This document shows, one piece after another, positions 1 through 10,813 of a stretch of DNA of 64,000 nucleotides; position 1 is the first letter of the stretch; each line of letters starts with the position of its first letter. Both the position numbers and the translations under genes were made by a program. Source of the DNA: Oculina patagonica (lineage: Eukaryota); contig NC_135767.1 of assembly GCF_052425735.1 (NCBI RefSeq), forward strand, positions 18,848,001-18,912,000. The letters run 5' to 3'. Below the pieces are notes generated by a model that was not told the DNA's origin, made no database searches, and saw only the letters and a program-made list of their open reading frames with translations.

Positions 1-1605
1 GGGACCTGCTCACTTCTCACTGATATTCAAACAAAGCAGTCAAAAAGGCTTTTAAAACAAGACGGTTCTTTTTATTTGGAAAAGGTTTGTTATCACTTAA
101 TTTCTTGTCAGATCTCTATATGTAGGCCACTACATTTGACTTAATGCCTGATATTTGACAACTGTCTGGCATTAATTAAAACGAACTTAAAAGTGTCCTC
201 GCTATTTCCATGCTTCTTAAAAAAATGTATTGACTCTCATGTAGCTTTCCCCAATTCAGGAATATGATTAATTAAATTAACTGTATAAAAACGTTTTCGT
301 GTTTTGGTATTGACCTGTCGTAGCATAAAGCTTATATTAAAGCGCTAAACGTAAACACTTCTGCAAGAGTAATTTTTTTTTCATCCTAGAAACCAAGGAA
401 AAGAAATATCAGTGCTCAAAGTTCTCTTTTTCACTGGTTTAAAATTTTTAAATTTTTAAAACACTCTTTTATCACTTTAATTATCGACTTGTCAGTTTTT
501 TGGTGTTTGTTTCCTTGTATGTCTTCTTTTTTTTTTTGAGGGGGGGGGGATGTCACTTCTCTCTAATATTTATTTCAAGTTTTCCTGAATTAGTATCATT
601 CATTTTAAAGGTTGTCTCTCCTGGAATTCCAAATTCACCGGGTAAGTAATGTTACTTTTTAGTTAAGAAGTTTAGGGGTCGATAGTACTTAATTTTGGTA
701 TAATAACGCTTTGGATATTATTAAGCGATAATAACTAATGATAAAAGCACACAAACCAACACCCAATCAATAATTTGTCTCTGTTGGAAAATTAAAATTG
801 GTGAGTGGGGTGGTAAATATGGCTGATCTAGTTTATAATTTTAACGATAAAAGGTGTACATTTAGTAACAGTGGTAAAATTGTAAAATATTTCAATATTT
901 TGGGTCATGTTCATGAAAACCAATGATTAAAAATGTCTTATTCACGTAGGCAACACTCGATTTTCAGCGGTGCCCTCGTGCCAGGCCCTACACAGTCAAT
1001 CTTCTTTTCCTTCCTCGGGTGTTTATTGGATTGATCCTGATGGTGGGACCCAGACAAACGCCTTCAGGGCTTACTGTGATATGGACACTGATGGAGGAGG
1101 TTGGACCCTAGTATATAGCTATACATTCACAAATTATGTTCATTTTCAAGATAACTCGAACGCGATCACACCAAGACCAAATTGGCCAGCAGTCTCTAAA
1201 GTAGATGTTCCCGTCTCGACAACTCCTCCCCTGAACGAAACAGACTACAACGCCATAAACTTCTCGCAGTGGAAACAACTTGGCAGAGAGATCCTGATCA
1301 AAAGCAATATAAACAACTGGCTGATATGCCATCCGGGAACTGGAAGTTTGGTTGATTGGCAGGACGGAAACATCAGCTGTCGTGTTACTAAACACGTGAC
1401 GGATACGTGTAACGGAACTGCGCCGCCTTGGGACTTTAAATCGAGTAATGCCTATGGGCCGAGATTCAGGACTTCTGCTAATTACTATTATTTTGATGGA
1501 TACACAAGGAAAAACTGGCCAACTCATGATCCTTGTGGAAAAAATGCGGGAAATCATGTGAAAAATGTGATTGATCCACATGGGAACATTTTTATCCGAG
1601 CATAA
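1..1605 (+). CDS. PAN/apple + fibrinogen-like (YCDxxxxGGGW) secreted protein, paralogue A (5'-truncated by the window edge)
   Basis: Exons <1-84 (GTCSLLTDIQ...SFYLEK|gt), 611-641 (VVSPGIPNSP-G, ag/gtaag) and 950-1605 (GNTRFSAVPSCQAL...GVYWIDPDGG...YCDMDTDGGGWTLV...PHGNIFIRA*). Splice phases 0 and 1 join in frame, and the structure matches paralogues B-D. Confidence 0.85.
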
Positions 1606-4470
1606 GAAACTATAGTATCGTCGAATACAACGCAATAAAGTTCCCAGAGAAAGTGTAGCTTAATATTGATCTTTTGAAACCTAGCATGTTTATAAGAAAC
1701 ACGTTTCCCTCCAACATGCATTGTTCACATAAGGTTGTTCAATTCCAAACAACTGCCATCGATCAGGTCACTCAATGCACCGCCTGATGTATATTAAACT
1801 CTTTACGCCGTGAAACATGATGTCTCATTCGTGATAAAAAATGATCAAAACTAGTTTACTGGTTTACATATTTGCAAACCAGAACGTATGTTTGCTGTTT
1901 TATCCAATACTGATAGCATCAAATATTTTAAATCTGCTTAATGATAAATATCAATTTGCATTAATAGTAATGTTAGCTCTGAAGAGTTGGCGGTTTATCA
2001 AGGCATTCTCGTTCCTGAATTCTCATAACCTGTCTTCTTGTCAATGTACAATATCGTAAAGAGAATATAATTATAATTTGCAGTTAATGAAGGAGTTAAT
2101 AAGCTTTTCATTATTCTAACTGATAGTTGAAACTTATAAAGCAGTGTATCTTGTATGCTTCTTTTTCTCGATCTTAGCTTCCAGTCCACTTTCTCGGTAA
2201 ATTGCGCATGCAGATTACCCTAACCGGAAACAATTTTTGTCAGCCGTGTAATATCACACCTACTTTAAAAATAAACAAAGGAAAATGTGTTGCGTGAAAC
2301 TCGAGTAACTGTCCGCACAATCTCTGTCTTTTAAATATAGTATATTAAAAATATAGGGTCAGTTCGTAATTTGACCATCACAAGTTAACAAAAATTTATT
2401 TTACCCCAATATTGTATATAAAGCCGTGCAAGTAATTATAACGAACTAGTAATCCATTGTAAATGGTGACTGTTTACTCGCTTAGCATAGTGTAGATAAC
2501 TATTGTAATTAGCTTTTGTGTGTATTGTGGGTATTGTATGTGTGTTTATTGCAATAAAAATACAGGGCAAAAGTAATGTCTTAGCTGATAGCATACCCCG
2601 AGTGAAAAAAAAAAAAAAAAAAATACCCCGAGTGAGTGAAAGTCAACTTATAAAAGATACTTTCTTATTGAAGATAAGTCGCATTTGAAGTGTTTATTAT
2701 TGCTTGGTAATCGAACAGAATGAGATATGTAAATGATTTTAGATCATGACACTCTAAATAACGTGATCTCGGAAACGAGAAATTTCCATCAAAATTATGA
2801 TTTTTTTATTCAAAACATGCACATGCCAAATAGTAAAGTTTGCAAACCTCAAAAATGCTTTTAAAGTACAACAAGATTCTATTTTAATTTATCTGCTGTT
2901 GTCCAATTTCAGTTTAATACTTCATGATGTTTATGACAACATAACAAAGGTTTATTGAAACAGAACATCTAAACAAACTAAACATAAAAAAAATTAACAT
3001 TGCAAACCGTGTAATTATCGCCAAAAACAAAGTTATTTGTCATGACAGCTGCAAACATTGGTAATTATTAATGCCATGTTAATTATTTAGCAGAAAAGGG
3101 ATCTGTTACAAAGATCCGCATAACACTTTGTCAGAAGACTTTATGAGTTTAAAGAGGCCTTGAAAATGATACATCAAGTAAAGGTATGAATTGTTTTCTG
3201 TAATTTGAAGACAAGATGGTCCTATATTTCGAAGCAGAACAGTCAAACTATTTATAAACCTAAATCAGTACTAAAAAAGTTAAGACTTCATTTCACACGT
3301 CATGTTTTTGTATAAATGCAATTCATATTCTGTTTATTGCTTATTTTTTTGTATTTTCTTTTATTTTTTGGAGTTTAAATAAAGTTTTGTTGTAAGACCA
3401 ATTGCAGTGCTACATTGAACGAATTACAATATTTCACTAAACCTACACAACGTAACGTACTGACAAATCAAAGCAAAATTTGGTGAAACTAAATTAACTA
3501 AAAAAACTACCTCCGACGTTGGCATTTTCAGGTTTAGGTTTACTTGCTACAAATAGAAAAGGTGACATATAAGAAGAATCTAAAGAGAATTCAGTCCAAC
3601 ATGAAATAAGAGCGATCAGAGGCTCCCATTTCGTGTAATGGCATATAATTAAGATTGTTGCTCTCTTTCTCTCAACGAATATCCTTGCTTATAGATATAA
3701 CAGAGTACTTAAAAGTATTAAAATGGAATTTAGCCTGTGGTAATTTTCACAAACATACAAGCGGTAAGCATATTTATTCAATTTAACATTCTCGAATTAG
3801 GATCAAACCTTGCCAAAAGGTCACAATCGTGTTGTAACCTATATTTTAGAATGAACGAAATCGCATCGATAGCAGTAACAATTTAAATAAATTCCATGTC
3901 CAGTAATATATGTATCACATATCTAAAACAATAAAAACTCTCAAACAAGTTACCCCTCAGATCAATTTTAATTTTCTGAATCGCTGTTGTAGTTTACAAT
4001 AAGTACATTTATTTCCATTTAACATTTCGTGGGTGTATTTTTCTGAATTTTGTTTTCCAAACTGTTCACATGATTACGTAACAATTGAACAATAAAAAAG
4101 CAAACCAAAGAAAGTCATTCTATCTTTTACTATTATTTTCAATCAAAGTCTTATTAACTATTTCTCGCTTCATCTGGAAACCAAACACAAAAAATAGACG
4201 AGAATAATACAGGCAGTATAGAAATACTACCGACCACTTACAATAAATATACTTTTGAGTCTATCTTTTGAGTATGGAAATTTGATGAAAGACTCTCGCT
4301 TCGTGTTTGACGCATTGCAGTATATAAATTTTTTTTAAGCCAGGCCAAATGAATGACCTTACCTATTACTAAAACCTAAAAGATAAGTGATAAATAATAA
4401 TTCTGATTCGTGTACTTGAACCTTTAGTCCGACAATTTTCGTGACCTAACACATTTCATGTTTTTTTCAG

Positions 4471-7089
4471 ATGTTGGCAGTTGCAGTGTTTTTCCTTCTC
4501 TAAACAACAAACACAAGAGCTGAAGGTCGACAACAAGCTGTGTTCGAAACAAAGAACAACTCTGTTTTATCCGACAAAAGTCCTATTTCTGAAGTAAGAT
4601 CAGATTCGCTGATGTCCTGTTCACAGCGATGTGCCAGAGACAAACGATGCAAGAGTGCTAATTTTATAACAGACGAGAGAAAGTGTTCTCTACTGGACAA
4701 AACGAGGAATACTCATTCACGGCTCTTTGGGAAACAAGTCAATTCAATTCACCTGGAAAAGGTAACAGTAAATAGTGATCTGCCATATACGAATTTGCAA
4801 GTATAACGAGCATCCAGAATGAAAAGTTGCCACATAATCACGATCACTCACTCACTGCCCATTGTGCCCACTGGCACGTAGGGCAGCAACAAAGGTCCTC
4901 CACTGCTGTCTGTCTTTGGCCAGCTGTTGGATGGTGTTCCAGCTTTGGTTTAAGCCCCTCAATTCTGTCTCTACTGTACGTCGCCATGTATTCTTGGGCC
5001 TGCCGCGCTTGCGCTTTCCTTCGGGTGTCCAGTATAGTGCTGTCTTTGTGATGGATTCGTTTTCCTTTCGGATGACATGGCCAATCCACCTCCAGCGCCG
5101 TTGCATAATAATAGTACCCATGTCCTCACGATATCTATACAAAAAAACCTTTTTGAGGCCAGGAAAATGAAAGGGGATCTTAAACTGTGTAAACTAGAGA
5201 TCAGAAAACATTAGACAAGTGTCATTTTCTAACCGTTGCAAACATATAGCAAAGTACATGTATTTTTTTTTAAGCTTAACAGCGATTTTTTTACTATTTT
5301 CTACGAAATTCTGCACTCTTGTAACAAACACACGATTAAACCTTATCCTTGCCGTGAGGTTTGGAATTTTTTTTCTAAACAAAGTCAGTACAAACAAACA
5401 GGACATGCACATGTAAAGATGGCTAAAAATCCGCCCACCGAGCACCTATAGAGGGAAGGGATGGATAATTAGCTCAGTATCGTGGGGAAGTAAAATTACA
5501 GATACTAGGAAAAAGCAACATTCGTATCAGGACGACGCAAGTTGATAAGTTGCATAAACTGAATAATAATTAACTGATTTTACTGTCAGGTGGGTTAGAA
5601 TTTCCCATTTTAACCGGGTAAAAATAACACCATTAATGTCATTAATTATATTCACTAATAATAAGTGCAATTTATATACCAACTAATGTAAAATAAATTT
5701 TAAGCACATTACAAAAATATTTGTTTAACCATGTTACTTTAGTTATCTGCTTTAGAATCTGTTTAGCCTGATTTCTTAATAGACATTTAATATTTATATA
5801 AGAACCATTTTGAAATTAGTCTTTTGACGAAAATCAGGTCTTATACGTGAATTTTCTTATTTAAAAAAGTGTATTGTATTCTTTATAAAACAACCTTATT
5901 GGCGCAAGAATTACTTAAATCTCTTCTGAAACGAGCTGAGAGGTTGAATTCTTAACACATTAACGTAAACTAAACTTACCGGTATAATAATTTTTATTTG
6001 GTAAGCGATTATTGTTAATGTTCAAATAACACGAGTCTTTGTTTTTGTCGTTTCGCAGATTAATTCAGACCTTGGTAAGTTAAGCCAGAATTTATTTAAA
6101 ACTTTCTTTATTTTTAAATCTCTTTTTTGTACTTCGTACTACTGTACTCATAGTTTTAATCAGGCGGTTGTGAACTCGAACCCTCTCTTCCCCTTTAACT
6201 TCAACTCACAATCTCTACCCTTAAAATATTGTTATTTGTAATTTGCTTAGATTTTATCAATTGACTAGGCATGTCACCTTCAACTATACTGAGCAAAACA
6301 ACTGTATTGTAATTATTTCAGCAATCACAAATTATTCTTCATCAAAACAACTCTTGTAAACTTTTTTCTTGTAAAAGTTCTTGTAAATTTCCTATTCATC
6401 GTTTACATACAGCTTCTTGTTTCTGTAACATAGGATCAACAAAAGAGCTGGCTGTTCCCTCGTGCAAGGCCCTCCCCCGAGCTCTTCATCCCAGTGGTGT
6501 ATATTGGGTTGACCCAGATGGTGGATCCCATGCCAACGCGTTCAAGGTTTACTGTGAAATGGATACTGATGGAGGAGGCTGGACTCTAGTGTGGAGTTAC
6601 ACGTTTACCGACTACGAGCATTTTTCGGCCACCACAAACGCTGTTACTCCAAGACCTAACTGGCCAGCAGGGAATTCAGATGTCCCAATATCTACTTCCC
6701 CACCACTGAATGAAACCGACTACAATGCCATGGAATTTCCGTTGTGGCGGCAGTTTGGAAAGGAGATCCTCATCAAAAGCAACATCAACAACTGGGTTGT
6801 TTGTTCACCGGATACAGGAAGTTTGGTTGAATGGCAAAATGGAAACGTCACTTGTAAGATTGTCAAGCGCGTAACTGACATGTGTGCAGATGGGCCGCCG
6901 CCGATTTCATATTTCACAAGAAATAATTGCGGAGCAAACTTAAAGCGTACCATTGGGGGAGCATCATCTTATTATCATTTTGAAGGTTGCACAGAAATTC
7001 GCCACCCCGCACATGATCCCTGTGGTCTGAATCAGAACAATGGCCTGAAAAATGTGGAAAATCCTCATGGGAATATTTTCGTTCGCTAA
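4471..7089 (+). pseudogene. PAN/apple + fibrinogen-like protein, paralogue B; in-frame TAA in the signal peptide (null allele, young pseudogene or base error)
   Basis: Exons 4471-4761 (MLAVAVFFLL*TTNTRAEG...CSQRCARDKRCKSANF...CSL...HLEK), 6059-6074 (INSDL-G) and 6434-7089 (GSTKELAVPSCKAL...YCEMDTDGGGW...PHGNIFVR*). The stop is at 4501-4503; the rest of the frame is intact. Confidence 0.7.
4846..5142 (-). mobile_element. 3' end of an RTE-clade LINE (C-terminus of the RT ORF), 5'-truncated, in intron of paralogue B
   Basis: Translates as RRWRWIGHVIRK...ALYWTPEGKRKRGRPKNTWRRTVE...LAKDRQQWR, typical of the RTE ORF C-terminus. The stop is followed by a short GTGA-type tandem tail. Confidence 0.8.
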
Positions 7090-7136
7090 CAACTGTTTGT
7101 TCATTCAAGATCAAATCGAACGTTTCTTCAAAGTAA

Positions 7137-7690
7137 GGGCCTGTTTATATGGAGGATAGTTGTCCCTGGTAGGAGGGTTACCCTCCATACTGAGCCACCC
7201 CGGGCGAGAGAGCTTTTCATACGTTTCTTTATAAATAGCTTCGAACTGTTTATATGAGAAATTGCAAAGTTGGCTCGGGGGGGGGCAGGGTGACCCTGGA
7301 TGGAGGGTCACTTGCTTTGAAGGTAGAGTGGCCTGGGAGCGAGCCAACTTTTTTCCATATAAACAGTTTGGTTATTTTTGCCTCGCCTACCAGGGACAAG
7401 TTGACACATATGGAGCATACGCAAATGCTGCAATTGGCCAAAACAACATCGAAGTTGGCAGTAAAGTTGTCCATAATGGTCGTCGTCGATGTTTCAGGGT
7501 TCCTAATTTTTGAAAAGGCAGCCATAATAGATATTTCAAAATAACTCTCGCCAGTCTTTTGAACCGAGAGGGCCAAGTTTTGGCTCGGTCAAGAGGGACA
7601 ACTTTCTCATATAAATGCTCGGTATAAGATAGCTCGGAGGAGAGGGTAACCATCCTACCAGGGACAACTCTCCTCCATATAATCAGGCCC
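7137..7690. mobile_element. PIF/Harbinger-type MITE
   Basis: ~50-bp terminal inverted repeats (GGGCCTGTTTATATGGAGGATAGTTGTCCCTGGTAGGA ... TCCTACCAGGGACAACTCTCCTCCATATAATCAGGCCC), flanked by TAA/CAA. Confidence 0.75.
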
Positions 7691-7693
7691 CAA

Positions 7694-7940
7694 GGCCCTG
7701 ATTACAAGGCACATTTCAGCTCTGGTTTCCGGGCTGAAATCTCAGCTCCACTTCCAGAAGAAATCTCCTTAAAAAGACGTCTGCGTTTGCGACGTTTGCG
7801 TTTGCTGAATAGTCTGAAAAACCTCTCGGTATTCAAATTTTAGCCCGGGCTGATAATGTGAGCTTACGAATTCTCAGGGATGGTCGCAAAAATCTTTTAG
7901 CCTGGCAAACTGGGCTGAAATTCGCCATGTAATCACGCCC
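7694..7940. mobile_element. Second PIF/Harbinger-type MITE, directly abutting the first
   Basis: Imperfect TIRs GGCCCTGATTACAAGGCACATTTCAGC ... GCTGAAATTCGCCATGTAATCACGCCC, flanked by CAA/TAA. Confidence 0.65.
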
Positions 7941-9038
7941 TAAATAATCCAATATTTGCACAAGGTATTCAACAATTCCATTTTTCAATGGGTGCACGTG
8001 AAAAGGAAAAAAAAAATTAGTTAATAAATCACTTCATTGAAGTTTCAAAGTATTTAGCACTGCTCTGCTAATTTAGTCACTGTAAATAAACAAACAAAAA
8101 GCGTAAATAAACAAAAAAGTCTTTTAAAACACGTTAAAAATCCCAATTGGCAGAAGGTAGACCAGTTGACCATTTACAAATCGCGAGAGAGTTGAATTCG
8201 CGACTACCGAGCGCAAGTCCAGTTGTCAATCTACCATCAAAGCGCTAACAGCTGGCAAACAACCGACGCTTTTTCTTTGATAGTTACTGATAAAATATGT
8301 TTTTTCTTGCTAAGAATTTACTAGTTACATCGTATTTTCTTAAAAGTTTCATGACTTTTTGAAACATTGAAATTTGGAAGGTACCGTGAGGGTGGTCCCT
8401 TTTGTAGAACAACTTCTTACTTAATCTTTGAATTAGATTTAAACCTTACTAAATTTGAATCGTTGTAGAAATAATGATGCCGGTTAACAATAAAGGTTGA
8501 ATAAAAGCAGAAAGTTGGTTTTTGTTTTTGAACCTCTTGAAAAATGGTCCAAAATGTACTATCAACCTGAAGGAATAGTTAATTAAACAAACATTCAATT
8601 GTTAAATTAAAAAAACTAAACGTTTGAACGCACCCTAAATATGTGGAAAAATAATTCACAATCTCCAGTTGTTGTTTTTTTTTAATTTATAGTCTAAAAA
8701 TTATATACTGGTTTTTGTAGTAGCTTGATTGATAAGCGAAGCGATTTGAAGACGCAATTGACAGGGATATGGATTATCAAAAAAATACATTTCAGTGGCT
8801 TTCATTTCAGTAAAAGAAAAAAAAAACAGGACGTTTCTTACCTGTTTCTAATAATTCTCGAAGATAATGGCCCTTCGGAAAGAAACGGTCCAAGCGAACA
8901 ATATTGATTATGTCGTTAAGGATAAAATGAAGATTTCGGACTCCAAAAGCTTTATTTAAAAAAAGGATTATTGCACAGGTCGGTAATATTCTTTTTTTTT
9001 TTCCACCTGGATCGTACGGAAAGTCATTTTTATATATA

Positions 9039-9313
9039 TATAACTGGATTTATGAAAACGTGGTCAAAGAAAAGCCGGTGACCTGAGTGTTTTTGACCAA
9101 GTACATTACACTGCGATGTGGCCTAAAAACATGCCGAGAAAGAAAAAAAAATGAACTACAGCGCTGAAAGGTAGAAAAGAGAGAGGAGGAGAGAAAAAAA
9201 GTCTTACATTCACTTTAGATTTTATATCGTCTACTTTGAAACGCGTTTACGTCGATTTGCGCTAACAACGGTAAAAATTTCACTAACCTGGTTTTCATAA
9301 ATCCAGTCATATA
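9039..9313. mobile_element. Small TIR element (MITE) in a TA-rich site
   Basis: TIRs ACTGGATTTATGAAAAC ... GTTTTCATAAATCCAGT, bordered by TA runs. Confidence 0.6.
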
Positions 9314-9324
9314 CATATTTATTA

Positions 9325-9600
9325 TATAGCAGCAAGTGAGGATATCGATGACGTCATTTCCCGCCTTTGCACGGTTGTTTGTGCAAAGCTGCCAACGCCG
9401 ATTGGAAATGGCGAGCTATCGATTCGTGAAGTTCAATGAAACCAAAATAAATGCCTTACTGAGGAGCAGGAAAATGCTAACACGAAGAAGAAAACTTCTT
9501 ATGACTTGAAATTATTCAAAAGAGCTTCTTGCTTGTGGAAAGTCAGACGAAGAGAGGAAAAATTCATATCTTCGCGCCGCCGTGTAATATCCTCTATATA
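9325..9600 (+). mobile_element. Crypton-like (DUF3504 tyrosine recombinase) transposon relic
   Basis: 9461-9520 reads EEQENANTKKKTSYDLKLFK, resembling the N-terminal helix of Crypton/DUF3504 proteins. It is frameshifted on both sides and ends in a TATCCTCTATATA terminus. Confidence 0.45.
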
Positions 9601-10813
9601 TATATTTTGTCAACTGCAAGACCCTATACCGTACCTTATATATGTGGAAAATCAATTCACCGTCTCCAGCTGCTTTTAATTAATAGTTTAAAAATTACAT
9701 ACTAATTTTTGAAGTTGTTGACGGATATCAATATTAATTCGCTTGATTTATAAGCGAAGCGGTTTGAGGACGCAACTGACCGGAGTAAAAGAAATAAAGA
9801 TACAAAAAATCACATTTCAGTGGTTTTAGTTTCAAGTAAAACAACGGAACTGCAGCCAGCCCAAGGTAATATTTTAACTCCAAGACATTTTTAGTGATTC
9901 CTGAAAAAAATGGCCCTCCGGAAAAAAAGAAAGAAAAAAAAAACACGATAATTTATCAACGCTCGAAGCGAACAAAACGAAAGTTACCTTGTAATTAACG
10001 AAAGTTAAATAATAATTATTGCATAGGCAGGCAATATCCGTGTGTACAAAAAAAATCAGAACATACGGTAAGATTGTATTTACATTGAGAAACAATGAAT
10101 TGAAAACGAGCTTTCGAACTGATGGGTAACTTTAATAAACAAAAAAATGGTTCGAAGATCCATTTCATAGGCATAACAAAGGTGGCACGGAAATGGAAAA
10201 TTTCATTAGTAGTTATTAATTAAATAGTAGTTCAATATTATTAATCATAATGATAATAATCATTTTGAATTCCACCCTATACTGCTTCGATCTCAAGGCA
10301 AGAAGATATTTGCAATAAACAGGTATATTTTGTATTGTGCAAAACGGTAGAACACATACAACTATTTTTCTAATCGATAAATGTTCATCTGACAAACGGG
10401 TTTTAAGCACTTCCTATATATATAACAAAAATGTCAACAAAGCCTCAAGATATTATGTTTCTTAAGGAAAATTGATTGATAAAAATAAATACAAAATTTT
10501 CATTAAAACGTCGTTATTTATTCAAGGAATGACATAAAGAAATATTCATAGAACAGGACGTCAAAACTGATTGAAGCAATAATGTTATATGCACTTCAGA
10601 AAATTCTCATTTTGTCATTTCCCATGATTGATTCTTACATGAACATGTATACACCCGTCGTCAGGGGTATGCTTCACCACTTCTTCCCCAAGAAAGCCGT
10701 AAGTATCTCAATTCTGATCTTCAAAACTGAACCCACTTTCAAGCCTGCAAATTCGAGATCTGGTTTATTATTTCTTATTTCCAAAATGACTTTTATTTTT
10801 TCCTTCACCGCAG

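Larger units (their letters stand above)
8638..9920 (+). repeat. Diverged direct repeat pair (~8640-8880 and ~9642-9920) upstream of paralogue C, separated by inserted elements
   Basis: Both copies carry ATATGTGGAAAAT..ATTCAC..TCTCCAG, GCTTGATT.ATAAGCGAAGCG.TTTGA.GACGCAA.TGAC, CATTTCAGTGG and ATGGCCCT.CGGAA in the same order. Confidence 0.6.

Noticed and set aside
1108-1635. 175-aa minus-strand ORF
   Set aside because: Antisense shadow of the paralogue A terminal exon.
8128-8235. Possible minus-strand SINE fragment
   Set aside because: Too degenerate to delimit or classify from this window alone.
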